Assembly: GCA_963705305.1 (NCBI GenBank)
Contig: OY970067.1
Coordinates: forward strand, 2,208,001 to 2,272,000
Direction: 5' to 3'
DNA from: an uncultured Methylomirabilota bacterium
GTDB taxonomy: Bacteria > Methylomirabilota > Methylomirabilia > Methylomirabilales > 2-02-FULL-66-22
Length of the DNA stretch: 64,000 bases
Both the position numbers and the translations under genes were made by a program. This document shows positions 31,038 to 43,231 of this stretch, piece by piece. How positions within the stretch are numbered: the stretch's first letter is position 1; every line of letters starts with the position of its first letter. The notes under the pieces were generated by a model that was not told the DNA's origin, did not search any database, and saw nothing but the letters and a program-made list of their open reading frames with translations.

Positions 31038-31995
31038 CCACCTGCTGGTATGCCCGGCGTGTCGGACGCCGCTCCATTCGCCCGGCGGGTGGGGCGACGG
31101 CGAGCGCCGGTGCCAGCGCTGCGGCCGCCCCTACGGGCTGATCCGCGGGATCCCTCGCTTCGTCGAGAGCGAAGCGTATGCTGGCAGCTTTGGCTTCGAG
31201 TGGCGGCGGCACAGGCGGACCCAGCTTGATGCCGGCCCGGGGGGCGAATCGGAGCGGACCTTCCGGCAGAAGACCGCCCTGACGCCCGAGGCCGTTCGGG
31301 ACCGCCTCGTCCTGGACGTGGGGTGCGGGATGGGGCGTTTTGCCGAGGTGGCAAGCCGCTGGGGCGGACGGGTGGTGGCCGTCGACCTGAGCTTGGCCAT
31401 CGAGGCGGCGCAAGCCAACTTGGGGGGACGGGACAACGTGGCAATCGTTCAGGCTGACTGTTTTCAGTTGCCGTTCCCACCGGAAAGTTTTGATGTCATC
31501 TACAGCATCGGGGTCCTGCATCACACCCCGGATTGCCGGGCGGCGTTCCGGGCCTTGGTGCCCCTGCTGAAGCCGGGTGGGACGATCGCAATTTGGGTCT
31601 ACAAGCACATGCGCAGTTGGGCCCGGGTGGCCAGCGCGTACCGGCGAGTAACGACCCGGCTGCCGCACCACCTCCTGCATGCCCTGTGCTATATCGCCGT
31701 TCCCCTCTACTACCTTCACCGCATTCCCCGTCTGGGGATCCTAACGCAGATGCTGCTGCCCACCAGTCTTCACCCACAGGCGAGCTGGCGCGTGCTCGAT
31801 ACCTTTGACTGGTACTCGCCCCGCTACCAGTCCATGCATACCCCTGAGGAGGTGCGGGGGTGGTTCGAGGAGGCGGGGCTGGTGGATGTGAAGACCCTGG
31901 AGATCCCGGTCGCTGTCTGCGGGCGCCGGCAGCAAGATGCCTCCTCCGGTGCCCTCTCCGGAGGTGAGCGGACGCCTGGATCTCCTGTGGGGTAG
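31021..31995 (+). CDS. SAM methyltransferase with N-terminal Trm112-like zinc-ribbon segment
   Basis: LVCPACR...CQRCG..YGLIRGIPRF, SFGFEW, VLDVGCGMGR, GVLHHTP, DTFDW. Confidence 0.85.
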   Translation: MPLDISHLLVCPACRTPLHSPGGWGDGERRCQRCGRPYGLIRGIPRFVESEAYAGSFGFEWRRHRRTQLDAGPGGESERTFRQKTALTPEAVRDRLVLDVGCGMGRFAEVASRWGGRVVAVDLSLAIEAAQANLGGRDNVAIVQADCFQLPFPPESFDVIYSIGVLHHTPDCRAAFRALVPLLKPGGTIAIWVYKHMRSWARVASAYRRVTTRLPHHLLHALCYIAVPLYYLHRIPRLGILTQMLLPTSLHPQASWRVLDTFDWYSPRYQSMHTPEEVRGWFEEAGLVDVKTLEIPVAVCGRRQQDASSGALSGGERTPGSPVG

Positions 31996-32032
31996 GGCAG
32001 GCACCAGGCTTTCAGTGGAGCGAGTGGACAGC

Positions 32033-32323
32033 ATGTGCGGCATCAGCGGCGAGCTGCATCTTGATTCGGCGCAGCCCGTGGAGCGGGGCGTCCTGGAGCG
32101 GATGAGCGCCGTCCTGGCGCACCGGGGGCCGGACGGTGCCGGGATCTACTGCGACGGTCCGGTCGGCCTCACCTACCGGTGACTCAGCATCATCGACCTG
32201 AGCCCGGCCGGAGACCAACCTATGGCCAATGTGGCGGCCGGTCTGGAGACGACCCTCGCGGCTGTGCCGGCGCTGATCTCCGCGCTGGCTCGGCGGGGAG
32301 GCAGGGCGGAACCGGTGCACTGA
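32033..32323 (+). pseudogene. asnB: asnB 5' fragment with internal stop
   Basis: MCGISG...HRGPDG...TYR*LSIIDLSPAGDQPMAN closely matches 33789-33986; TGA at 32180 where asnB has CGA. Confidence 0.85.
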
Positions 32324-32331
32324 GGAGACCC

Positions 32332-33036
32332 ATGACCCCCAGGCGATTGTCTATCATCATGCCGGTGTTCAACGAGGTTCAGACGATCCGCGAGATCCTT
32401 CGCCGGGTGGACATGGCGGATGCCGCCGGGCTGGAGAAGGAGCTGATCGTCGTGGACGACGGCTCCAGCGATGGAACGCAGGCCGCGCTGGGCTCCCTTG
32501 GCGACCTCCGCACGCCCGTGCACGTCCTGATGCATTCCAGGAACATGGGCAAGGGGGCGGCAATCCGGACGGGACTGGAAGCGGCCACGGGGGACATCGT
32601 GCTGATCCAGGATGCGGACCTGGAATACGACCCGCAGCAGTACCCGCTGCTGCTCCGACCCATCCTCGGCGGAATGGCCGATGTCGTGTACGGGAACCGC
32701 TTTCATGGCGGCCCCCACCGGGTGCTCTATTTCTGGCACGCCCTGGGCAATCGGCTGGTTACGCTCTTCTCCAACGTCCTGACGAACCTGAATCTTACCG
32801 ACATGGAGGTCGGCTTCAAGGTGTTCCGCAGCGATCTGGTGAAGTCGCTCCGCCTCCGCTCGAATCGGTTCGGCTTTGAGCCCGAGATCACCATGAAGAT
32901 GGCCCGGCGACACCTCAGGATCTACGAAGTGCCCATCTCCTATTTCGGCCGGACATACCAGGAGGGAAAGAAGATCACCTGGAAGGACGGCCTGGTCGCC
33001 TTGTGCGCGCTCGTTCGTTTTCGATTCCTGGACTGA
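32332..33036 (+). CDS. GT2 polyprenol-phosphate glycosyltransferase (DPM1/GtrB-like)
   Basis: IMPVFNE, VDDGSSDGT, GKGAA, QDADLEYDP, RFGFEPE, EGKKITWKDG. Confidence 0.9.
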   Translation: MTPRRLSIIMPVFNEVQTIREILRRVDMADAAGLEKELIVVDDGSSDGTQAALGSLGDLRTPVHVLMHSRNMGKGAAIRTGLEAATGDIVLIQDADLEYDPQQYPLLLRPILGGMADVVYGNRFHGGPHRVLYFWHALGNRLVTLFSNVLTNLNLTDMEVGFKVFRSDLVKSLRLRSNRFGFEPEITMKMARRHLRIYEVPISYFGRTYQEGKKITWKDGLVALCALVRFRFLD

Positions 33037-33053
33037 GCCGGGGGAGTGGGGAG

Positions 33054-33755
33054 GTGGATTACCCGAGCAGCGAGCTGGCGGCCATGGACGGCGCCAACAA
33101 TTACCACGGCTGGATCCTGCGGGAGTTCCGGCCGTTTCTGGGGCACCGCGTTGTGGAGGTCGGGGCCGGGCTCGGCTCCTTCGCGTCCCATCTCCTGACC
33201 ACGGGACCCGAAATCCTGGTTCTGTTGGAGCCGGCCCGAAATCTCTTTCCGCGCCTGGTCGAGCGTCTGGGGGAGCGGCCCAACGTCACCCTGATTCCCC
33301 TGCAGCTCCACGAGGCGGAGGCGGAGCTTCGGACGATGGAGCTGGAGACGGCCGTTCTCGTCAATGTCCTGGAACACGTCCCAGAGGATGTGGCCGTGCT
33401 CCGGATGCTGCACTCGCTGCTGGGACGGCAGGGAAGCCTCCTCCTGCTGGTTCCAGCATTGCCATGGCTCTTCGGAACACTCGATGTCGCGTTCGGGCAT
33501 GAACGCCGGTACACTCTGACAGAATTGGCGGACAAAGTGACGCGGGCCGGGTTCCGTGTCGAGCGACTTGCATATCGCAACCTTCCAGGGGTGGCGGCCT
33601 GGTTCCTGGCGGGAAAGGTGCTGCGGCGGGCCACCCTGAGCCCCCGGAGCGTGGCCGCGTACGACCGGTTGGTCATTCCGTGGCTCTCTCGACTTGAGCA
33701 GATCATCCCGCCGCCCCTGGGACAAAGCCTGCTGGCGATCGCGACCAAGCCCTGA
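33054..33755 (+). CDS. Class I SAM-dependent methyltransferase
   Basis: VEVGAGLG, NVLEHV, LVPA...D...GH.RRY. Confidence 0.85.
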   Translation: MDYPSSELAAMDGANNYHGWILREFRPFLGHRVVEVGAGLGSFASHLLTTGPEILVLLEPARNLFPRLVERLGERPNVTLIPLQLHEAEAELRTMELETAVLVNVLEHVPEDVAVLRMLHSLLGRQGSLLLLVPALPWLFGTLDVAFGHERRYTLTELADKVTRAGFRVERLAYRNLPGVAAWFLAGKVLRRATLSPRSVAAYDRLVIPWLSRLEQIIPPPLGQSLLAIATKP

Positions 33756-33788
33756 GCCCGCCGGGGGCCTGCGAGGTTACGCAAGCGT

Positions 33789-35762
<1,974 letters not shown>

Positions 35763-35834
35763 GGACAGGGATTGTGCTGAGCGATCAAAGAAAGTCATCG
35801 GCTGTCTCAATTCCGGTATCGGGGAGAGTGCGGC

Positions 35835-37238
35835 TTGGCTGAAGGCTCAACAGAGGTCTTCTCATACTCATTGGGGCGGACGTGCGGCATTATCTTGACG
35901 CTTGCGTTCTGTCTGCGCGTGGCCTTCCTGCTCGCTGTCGGACCGCTCTCCTCCCCGGATACTCTCCAATACAAGCTTCTTGCTCATAACGTACTCACAA
36001 CACGGGAATATGCCCAGTTCGATCAGGTAGCGGGTAAATGGCTGCCCTCTGCCCATCGGGTCCCACTTTATCAGTACCTTCTTGCTGGGACGTACGGACT
36101 ATTCGGGGAGACCAGCGCCGGCGATTGGGCAATCGTTATTGAGCAGGCAGTCCTGTCTGCAGCCACATCTGGCCTGGTAGCTCTTTTGGGAGCTATGACG
36201 GTTGGAAGGAGTGCCGGTATCTTGGCTGGGCTCTTCTTTGCCCTGGACCCGCTACCACTGTTGCAGGCCGCCTACATTTTGACGGACACACTCTTCGCCT
36301 TCCTGGTCACCTCGGCTTTGCTTGCTGGCGTGTGGGCACTCCGCTCTCGAATGGCCAGGTCATTTCTAACCTGGGGGCTGTTGATTGGCGTCGCCACGCT
36401 GACGCGACCCCTCTTCAAGTACTACGCAGCTGTTCCGATCCTGACAATCGTCTTGTCCCGTTGGTCGATACGCGCAATCGTACGGGATGGCCTCGCGTGC
36501 TTGCTTGGGATTGTCCTCATCCTCGGCCCGTGGATGGTGCGAAACAAGATCCAGCTCGACTTTTGGGGCCTGGAACTGAATCAGGGCCTGAGCATGGTCT
36601 GGTCCACGTTCCGCCTGACTCACTCCTCCTCCCCCGCAGAGCGCCAAGCGGAACCCGAACTCGCGGCGGCCCGCGACATCGTCGCCAACTCGAAAAACCC
36701 TGCAGGAATCCTGCAGGACGTTGAGAGACAGCTGAAAGTTCCGGAAGTCGTCGCAGATCGCTACCTGCAGCGGATTGGAATCGAAAATGTACTTCGGAAC
36801 CCAGTGGCATTCCTAGAAATTGCAGGCAAAAATGCGATTAACATGCTGACGTCTCCGGCCACTGCACAGGAATTAATGTATCGGTCCGGACTGGTGAACG
36901 AATCTTTTCTGAGCGTGAGATTAGAGCAGGCCGTCAAGGAGCGATTGTTGCTTCCACCAGTGGTAAACATAGCGAGTCGGCTCCTGTGTGTCTTGGTTTT
37001 TTGTGTTGGTGCCGCCTGGGGATACAGGGTTCTTTGGAGAGACAAAAACAATCGACTATGGCTAACCTTTTTGGGGCTGACCTGCGTCTACGTAGTCGCC
37101 TTGACGAGTGCGGTTGCTGGATATGACCGTTTCCGCTTGCCCATTGAGGGGATCTTATGGATCCTATTCGCGGCTCTTGTCCTCAAACTGAGACGTGCGG
37201 CGCCCGTGGTAGGCAAGGGCTCGATCCCACGCGCCTAG
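35835..37238 (+). CDS. GT-C fold membrane glycosyltransferase (ArnT/PMT_2-like)
   Basis: Many TM segments; early D..Y, R.PLY, ILTDTLF, ATLTRP, PWMVRN, RFRLP; AT-richer than its neighbours. Confidence 0.7.
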   Translation: MAEGSTEVFSYSLGRTCGIILTLAFCLRVAFLLAVGPLSSPDTLQYKLLAHNVLTTREYAQFDQVAGKWLPSAHRVPLYQYLLAGTYGLFGETSAGDWAIVIEQAVLSAATSGLVALLGAMTVGRSAGILAGLFFALDPLPLLQAAYILTDTLFAFLVTSALLAGVWALRSRMARSFLTWGLLIGVATLTRPLFKYYAAVPILTIVLSRWSIRAIVRDGLACLLGIVLILGPWMVRNKIQLDFWGLELNQGLSMVWSTFRLTHSSSPAERQAEPELAAARDIVANSKNPAGILQDVERQLKVPEVVADRYLQRIGIENVLRNPVAFLEIAGKNAINMLTSPATAQELMYRSGLVNESFLSVRLEQAVKERLLLPPVVNIASRLLCVLVFCVGAAWGYRVLWRDKNNRLWLTFLGLTCVYVVALTSAVAGYDRFRLPIEGILWILFAALVLKLRRAAPVVGKGSIPRA

Positions 37239-37359
37239 TTTGCTCCAGCGCTTCCCATGGTGACGCCGTGCCGCCGGACTTCCATCGAAAAGAACGGGCA
37301 GTCTTCTCGGCTACATGTATTTGGCGCGCTGACGACAGTTATGTAGGGAGACAAGAGAC

Positions 37360-38298
37360 ATGTCGCGATACTTGATCACCGGGGGGGCGGGCTTCATCGG
37401 ATCGAACCTGGCCCACGCGCTGGTGGCGCGCGGGGAGGCCGTCCGCATCCTGGACGACTTCTCGACCGGACGCCCGCAGAACCTAACCGGCATCGAGGAT
37501 CGCATCGAAGTGGTCCGGGGAGATCTGCGGGATCCCGCCGCCGTGGAGCGGGCGGTTGCGGGGGCGGCCGTCATCCTCCACCAGGCGGCCCTCAACAGCA
37601 ATCCCCGATCCATCAAGGAGCCCGGCCCGACCAACGCCGTGAACGTGGGCGGCACCCTGACGCTCCTGGAGGCCGCGCGGCGGGCGGGCGTCAGGCGGGT
37701 CGTCTACGCCTCCTCCTCATCGGTCTTCGGGGACACCCCGGGACTCCCAAAGACGGAGGAGATGCCCGTGTCCCCCAAGGCCCCCTATGGAGTCTCCAAG
37801 CTGGCCGCCGAATTCTACTGCCGGGTCTTCACCGAGGTCTACGGCCTGGAGACCGTCAGCCTCCGGTACTTCAACGTGTTCGGGCCGCGCCAGCACCCGG
37901 ACTCGGAGTACGCGGCGGTCATCCCGCGCTTCCTGCGGCGGATGCTCCGGGGGGAGCGGCCGGTGATCTTTGGGGATGGGGAGCAGTCCCGGGATTTTAC
38001 GGCGGTGGCCAACGTGGTGGAGGCGAATCTCCTGGCGGCGGAGGCTCCCGGGGCGGCGGGGCAGGTGTTCAACATCGCCTACGGGGAGGCCAGCACCCTG
38101 AACCAGCTGGCGGCCTGGCTCAACGAGGCGCTGGGCACGAGCCTCGCGCCGCTCTACGAGCCGCCGCGGCCGGCCGATGTCCAGCATTCCTACGCCTCGA
38201 TCCGGCGCGCGGAGGCCGTCCTGGGTTATCGCCCCCGTCTGGATGTCCGGGAAGGGCTCCGGCAGACGGCCGCCTGGTTCAGAGATCATGAGCGCTGA
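37360..38298 (+). CDS. NAD-dependent UDP-hexose/HexNAc epimerase (WbpP/TviC-like)
   Basis: TGGAGFIGSN, HQAA, YASSSSV, YGVSK, LRYFNVFGPRQ, GDGEQSRDF. Confidence 0.9.
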   Translation: MSRYLITGGAGFIGSNLAHALVARGEAVRILDDFSTGRPQNLTGIEDRIEVVRGDLRDPAAVERAVAGAAVILHQAALNSNPRSIKEPGPTNAVNVGGTLTLLEAARRAGVRRVVYASSSSVFGDTPGLPKTEEMPVSPKAPYGVSKLAAEFYCRVFTEVYGLETVSLRYFNVFGPRQHPDSEYAAVIPRFLRRMLRGERPVIFGDGEQSRDFTAVANVVEANLLAAEAPGAAGQVFNIAYGEASTLNQLAAWLNEALGTSLAPLYEPPRPADVQHSYASIRRAEAVLGYRPRLDVREGLRQTAAWFRDHER

Positions 38299-38309
38299 GA
38301 AAAGGCTCA

Positions 38310-38458
38310 GCAGGGGAGCGGGGGCGAAAGGGAGCAGGGGAGTGAAGGAAGCGAAGCAGAGGGGCGTCCGATCTTCAGAAAGCCGGAGGTCTTCGGTCGG
38401 CAGATGTGGGCTGTGCCGTGAATCGGACCGTGAGCCTCGAACCTCGAACCAGTGAACC
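38310..38458. repeat. Short-period repeat remnants (8-mer GCAGGGGA-type and 7-mer TCGAACC)
   Basis: GCAGGGGA GCGGGGGC GAAAGGGA GCAGGGGA; CCTCGAACCTCGAACC. Confidence 0.4.
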
Positions 38459-39680
38459 GGAAGAGCCGCCTACAAGCGGCTCGCCGCTGGGCAGGCCCAT
38501 CCGGGTCGCCCGGGTGATCGCCCGACTGAACGTGGGCGGCCCGGCCTGGCATGTCATCCACCTGACCGCGGGGATGGATCCCCGGCGATTCGCGACCCGC
38601 CTCATCACGGGCGTCGTGGGCCCGGCGGAGGGGGACCTAAGCTGGGCGGCCCGGGAGCGGGGGATCACCCCGGAGATCATCCCGGAGCTCGGCCGGGCCA
38701 TCCGGCCGCAGCGGGATCTGGTGGCCCTGGTCAAGTTGATGCGCATTTTCCGGCGTCTCCGACCGGACATCGTCCACACCCACACCGCCAAGGCCGGGAC
38801 ACTGGGGCGGGTGGCAGCGCGGCTCAGCGGGGTCCCGGTGATCTTGCACACGTTTCACGGGCACGTCCTGGAGGGCTACTTCTCACCCGCGGCCTCCGGA
38901 ATCTTTCTGCGGATCGAGCGGGGGCTGGCTCGCCTTTCCACTCGGGTCATCACCGTGAGTCCCCGGCTGCGCGAGACCTTGCTGGCGCTCGGCGTCGGCG
39001 CGCCGGAGCGGGTGGAGGTCGTGCCGCTGGGCCTGGAATTGGAGCGCTTCCGTCGCGCGCGGCCCGATCCGGCGGGGATCCGGGCGAGCCTGGGCCTGCC
39101 GCCCGAGACGCCCCTCTTGGGGATCGTCGGTCGCCTGGTGCCCGTCAAGGATCACCCCACGCTCTTCGAGGCCCTCCACCGGCTGCCGCCAGAGGCGGGG
39201 ACCCCCCACCTGCTTGTGACGGGGGATGGGGAAGAGCGAGGGCGATTGGAGCGAATGGCCGAGCGCCTCCGGCTGGGCTCCCGCATTCACTTCCTGGGAT
39301 GGCGGCACGACCTTGAGACTATCCTGGGGGGCCTGGACGTGGTAATCTCTGCCTCGCGCAGCGAGGGGACCCCCGTGGCTCTGATCGAGGCGATGGCGGC
39401 GGGCACCCCTGTCCTGGCGACCGATGTGGGAGGGGTCGCGGACTTGGTGGCGCATGGAGAGACCGGATGGCTGGTGCCGTCCGGCGATCCGGACGCCATG
39501 GCCCGGGCCATCTGCGAGCTTCTGGCGGATCCCGGGCTCCGGGGGCGGCTGGCCGCAGCGGGTCGGGACGTGGCGCTGCGGCGGCATGCCGTGGGCGCAT
39601 TGATCCAGCGGATGGAGGAGTTGTACACAAGGCTGCTGGCAGAGAAGCAGAGCAATGAAAAGTTGCAAACCGACAACTGA
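38406..39680 (+). CDS. Glycosyltransferase family 4 (start uncertain)
   Basis: RLNVGGPA, HTHTAKAG, HTFHGH, VGRL..VKD, EGTPVALIEAMAAG. Confidence 0.9.
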   Translation: MGCAVNRTVSLEPRTSEPEEPPTSGSPLGRPIRVARVIARLNVGGPAWHVIHLTAGMDPRRFATRLITGVVGPAEGDLSWAARERGITPEIIPELGRAIRPQRDLVALVKLMRIFRRLRPDIVHTHTAKAGTLGRVAARLSGVPVILHTFHGHVLEGYFSPAASGIFLRIERGLARLSTRVITVSPRLRETLLALGVGAPERVEVVPLGLELERFRRARPDPAGIRASLGLPPETPLLGIVGRLVPVKDHPTLFEALHRLPPEAGTPHLLVTGDGEERGRLERMAERLRLGSRIHFLGWRHDLETILGGLDVVISASRSEGTPVALIEAMAAGTPVLATDVGGVADLVAHGETGWLVPSGDPDAMARAICELLADPGLRGRLAAAGRDVALRRHAVGALIQRMEELYTRLLAEKQSNEKLQTDN

Positions 39681-39761
39681 CAACCGGTCAATTTCGACGG
39701 TTGGCTGGTTTCCAGTTGTCGGTTGTCGGTTTTACCTTGTCAGTTGTCCGTTTTTCATTGA
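39652..39761. repeat. Heptamer-periodic inverted-repeat element H3
   Basis: GCAATGA AAAGTTG CAAACCG ACAACTG ACAACCG GTCAA...TTGGC TGGTTTC CAGTTGT CGGTTGT CGGTTTT ... TCATTGA. Confidence 0.8.
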
Positions 39762-39782
39762 AAGGCTGGGGGGAGGCTGCGA

Positions 39783-40805
39783 ATGCGCGTCTTGGTGACC
39801 GGCGGCGCCGGCTACATCGGCTCGCACCTAGTGGACGCTTTGCTCAAGCGGGGCGACGAGGTGCTGGTGGTGGACAATCTCTCCACCGGACGGATCGAGA
39901 ACATCCGCCACCTGTTGGGCCACCCGCGCTTCCAGTTCATCAACGACTCGATCCTCAACGAAGCCCTCCTCGAGCAGTTCGTGCCCACGGTGGACCGGAT
40001 CTACCACCTGGCGGCGGCGGTGGGGGTCCGGCACATCCTCCAGGATCCCCTGGCCGCCATCAATACCAACGTGCGGGGCACGGAGACGGTGCTGGGGCTG
40101 GCGTTCAAGTACTGGAAGCGGACCGTGATCGCCTCCAGCTCCGAGATCTACGGGAAGGCCAGCCACGTCCCCTTCCACGAGGACGACGACCGGGTCCTCG
40201 GCTCCACCGCCGTGACCCGCTGGTCCTACTCCATGTCCAAGGCCATCGACGAGCATTTCGCCTTCGCCTACGCAGCCAAGGGACTGCCCATCGCGATCGT
40301 GCGCTACTTCAACTCCTTCGGACCGCGACTGGACGAGCGGGGATACGGCAGTGTGGTGGCGAACCTCACGCGCCAGGCGCTGCACGGGGAGCCGATCACC
40401 GTCCACGGGGACGGGAAGCAGACCCGCTGCTTCACCTACATCGCCGACACCGTGGCCGGCACGCTCCTGGCGGGCGAGGTCCCGGAAGCGGTCGGCCAGG
40501 CCTTCAACATCGCCAATCCCGTGGAGACCAGCATCCTGGACCTGGCGCGGACGATCAAGCGCCTGGTGCGCTCCAAGTCCCCCCTGACCTTCGTGACCTA
40601 TGAGGCCTATTACGGCGAGGGCTTCGAGGATACGCGGCGCCGGGTTCCGGCCATCGACAAGGCCAAGCGCCTGCTGGGCTTCACGGCTCGGGTGGATCTG
40701 GAGACCGGGCTCCGGAAGACGACCCAGTGGTGCCGGGTGCATTTCACGCCCGAGGGGTCAGGACCCGGGCGCCGCCCGAGGCCTGCGACGAGTGAGGAGC
40801 GCTGA
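39783..40805 (+). CDS. NAD-dependent nucleotide-sugar epimerase/dehydratase
   Basis: TGGAGYIGSH, HLAAAVGV, SSSEIYGK, RWSYSMSK, GDGKQTRCF. Confidence 0.9.
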   Translation: MRVLVTGGAGYIGSHLVDALLKRGDEVLVVDNLSTGRIENIRHLLGHPRFQFINDSILNEALLEQFVPTVDRIYHLAAAVGVRHILQDPLAAINTNVRGTETVLGLAFKYWKRTVIASSSEIYGKASHVPFHEDDDRVLGSTAVTRWSYSMSKAIDEHFAFAYAAKGLPIAIVRYFNSFGPRLDERGYGSVVANLTRQALHGEPITVHGDGKQTRCFTYIADTVAGTLLAGEVPEAVGQAFNIANPVETSILDLARTIKRLVRSKSPLTFVTYEAYYGEGFEDTRRRVPAIDKAKRLLGFTARVDLETGLRKTTQWCRVHFTPEGSGPGRRPRPATSEER

Positions 40806-40807
40806 GC

Positions 40808-42157
40808 ATGCAGACAACCGCGGAAGAGTTCGCGCGAAGGGTCCGGACGAAGGAGCTGACCGTCGCCGTCATCGGCTTGGGCTACGTCGGGCTCCCCCTG
40901 GCGGCGGGGTTCGCCCGGGCCGGGATCCAGGTGATCGGCGTGGACGTGAACCAGCGGCGCGCGGCGCTCATCGCACGGGGGGAGAGCCCCATCCTGGATG
41001 TCCCCGGTGCGGACCTCGCCGCCGAGGTCCAGGCGGGGCGCCTGACGGCCACCACCGACTACACGGCCTGCCGGCAGGCGGATGCCGTGGTCATCTGCGT
41101 GCCTACCCCGTTCACCAAGATGAAAGCTCCCGACCTCTCCTTCATCGAGGCCGCCTGCCGGAGCCTGGCGCCCCACCTGAAGGCCGGGGCCCTGGTGGTC
41201 CTCCAGTCCACCACCTATCCCGGAACCACGGAGGAGCTGGTGCGGCCCCTGCTGGAGCAGGGCGGGCGCCGGGCGGGAACGGACTTCCTCCTGGCCTTTT
41301 CCCCCGAGCGGATCGATCCCGGCAACAGCCAGTTCTCCGCCCACAATACCCCCAAGGTGGTGGGGGGGATCGACCCCGACTCCACCGAGGCCGCGGCCGC
41401 CCTCTTCGGCTGCCTGGTGCCCGCCGAGCACATCCATCGGGTGCCGAGCCCGGCCGTGGCCGAGATGTGCAAGCTCCTGGAAAACATCTTCCGCAGTGTG
41501 AACATCGCCCTGGTGAACGAGCTGGCCAAGCTCTGCGACCGGATGGGGATCGACATCTGGGCGGTCATCGACGCCGCCGCCACCAAGCCCTTCGGATTCA
41601 TGCCCTTCTACCCCGGCCCCGGAGTGGGCGGCCACTGCATCCCGGTCGACCCCTACTACCTCTCCTGGAAGGCCCGCGAGTACGATTTTTACACCAAGTT
41701 CATCGAGCTCGCCGCCGAGGTCAACTCCTCCATGCCGTTCTACACGGTGAACAAGCTGGCCGAGGCCCTGAACCGCCGGGGCAAGCCCCTGCAGGGGGCG
41801 AGGGTCCTCGTGCTCGGAGCGGCCTTCAAGAAGGACATCGACGATCCACGGAACAGTCCGGCCCTGGCCGTGCTGCGATCCCTCCGGGGCCGGGGGGCGA
41901 GCGTAGCCTATCACGACCCCTTCATTTCCGAGATCTCACTGGACGCCGAGGACGCCCCTGGTCAGGCGGGGGCTCCCCGTCTGGTTTCCACCCCACTCAC
42001 CGCGGATCTCCTGGAGGCCCAGGACTGCGTCTGCTTGGCGGTGGCGCACAGCCGGTTCGATATCCCCTGGATCCTGGAACACAGCCGGCTGCTCCTGGAT
42101 GCCACGGGCGTCACCCGCCGCTTTTCCCAGGATCGGGGCAGCGTGGTCCGGCTGTAG
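40808..42157 (+). CDS. Nucleotide-sugar (UDP-GlcNAc-type) 6-dehydrogenase, WbpA/WecC-like
   Basis: GLGYVG, ICVPTP, STTYPGTT, SPERIDPGN, KLLENIFR, GVGGHCIP.DP. Confidence 0.93.
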   Translation: MQTTAEEFARRVRTKELTVAVIGLGYVGLPLAAGFARAGIQVIGVDVNQRRAALIARGESPILDVPGADLAAEVQAGRLTATTDYTACRQADAVVICVPTPFTKMKAPDLSFIEAACRSLAPHLKAGALVVLQSTTYPGTTEELVRPLLEQGGRRAGTDFLLAFSPERIDPGNSQFSAHNTPKVVGGIDPDSTEAAAALFGCLVPAEHIHRVPSPAVAEMCKLLENIFRSVNIALVNELAKLCDRMGIDIWAVIDAAATKPFGFMPFYPGPGVGGHCIPVDPYYLSWKAREYDFYTKFIELAAEVNSSMPFYTVNKLAEALNRRGKPLQGARVLVLGAAFKKDIDDPRNSPALAVLRSLRGRGASVAYHDPFISEISLDAEDAPGQAGAPRLVSTPLTADLLEAQDCVCLAVAHSRFDIPWILEHSRLLLDATGVTRRFSQDRGSVVRL

Positions 42158-42160
42158 GCC

Positions 42161-43231
42161 ATGGGATATCTGTCCCCTCTCGTCGCCCCCTTCGTGGCGG
42201 CCCTCGGAGCGGCCCTCCTGCTCACGCCGGTCTGCCGGGTGTTGGCGCTGCGGCTCGGGATCGTAGACCGGCCCGGGGGGAAGAAGATTCACAGCCATCC
42301 CATCCCGCTGCTGGGAGGGGTGGCCATCGCCCTGGCCGAGGCGTGCGGCGTGCTGGCCGGTGGAGACGTGCGCGGGATCTCGGTTCGGATTCTGGCGGGG
42401 GGAGGACTGATCCTGCTCCTCGGCATTCATGATGATCTCGATCCGCATGCCGAAGGACTGCGCTGGTGGCTCCGGCTCGTCTTCGAAGGGTGTCTGGCGG
42501 CCATCATCGTGGCCGGAGGGGTCCAGATCAGCTTCCTGGGCAGTCCGTGGCTTGGCATCCCCATCACCCTGCTCTGGATCGTCGGCATCACCAACGCCTT
42601 CAACCTGTTGGACAACATGAACGGTCTGTCCGCAGGGGTGGCGGCGATCGCAGGCCTGACGTTCGCCGCCCTGGCGGCACGCTATATGGACGTGGGGCCG
42701 GAGCAGCTGCCCACGGCCACGGCCGCTGCGGCCCTGGCCGGGGCCTGCATCGGATTCCTGCCCAGTAATTTCCGATCCCGCGTCTTCATGGGAGACGCCG
42801 GAAGTCTTTTCCTGGGCTTCACGCTGGCCTCGCTGGCGACCCTGGGCAGCTGGCGGAGCCCGACGGTTCCCACCTCGGTCGTGATTCCGATCCTGATTCT
42901 GGCCTACCCCATCTTCGACACCACGCTGGTGGTGGTCTTGCGCCTCCGGAGAGGGCAATCCCCGTTCGTCGGCGGCAAGGACCACTCGTCGCACCGGCTG
43001 GTGCGCTTGGGGCTCGGCCGTCTCGAGACCGTGCTCCTCATCTACCTGTTCGCCTTGTCGCACGCCCTGACGGCCTTGCTGATTTCGTCGGTCACGTTGC
43101 GCTTGTCCATGCTGGCCCTGGCAGGCAGCACCTGCGTGCTGTTCATCTTCGGAATGGTCCTGCGGAAGGCGCCCGTCTGGGAGCCGGCCGCCCCGGAGGA
43201 GGGGGTCACCCGTGGCGAAGAAAATGGATAG
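42161..43231 (+). CDS. wecA: WecA/TagO (MraY-family) polyprenyl-phosphate HexNAc-1-P transferase
   Basis: DRPGGKKIH..P.P.LGG, NAFNLLDNMNGL, FMGDAGS, DH..HRL. Confidence 0.88.
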   Translation: MGYLSPLVAPFVAALGAALLLTPVCRVLALRLGIVDRPGGKKIHSHPIPLLGGVAIALAEACGVLAGGDVRGISVRILAGGGLILLLGIHDDLDPHAEGLRWWLRLVFEGCLAAIIVAGGVQISFLGSPWLGIPITLLWIVGITNAFNLLDNMNGLSAGVAAIAGLTFAALAARYMDVGPEQLPTATAAAALAGACIGFLPSNFRSRVFMGDAGSLFLGFTLASLATLGSWRSPTVPTSVVIPILILAYPIFDTTLVVVLRLRRGQSPFVGGKDHSSHRLVRLGLGRLETVLLIYLFALSHALTALLISSVTLRLSMLALAGSTCVLFIFGMVLRKAPVWEPAAPEEGVTRGEENG

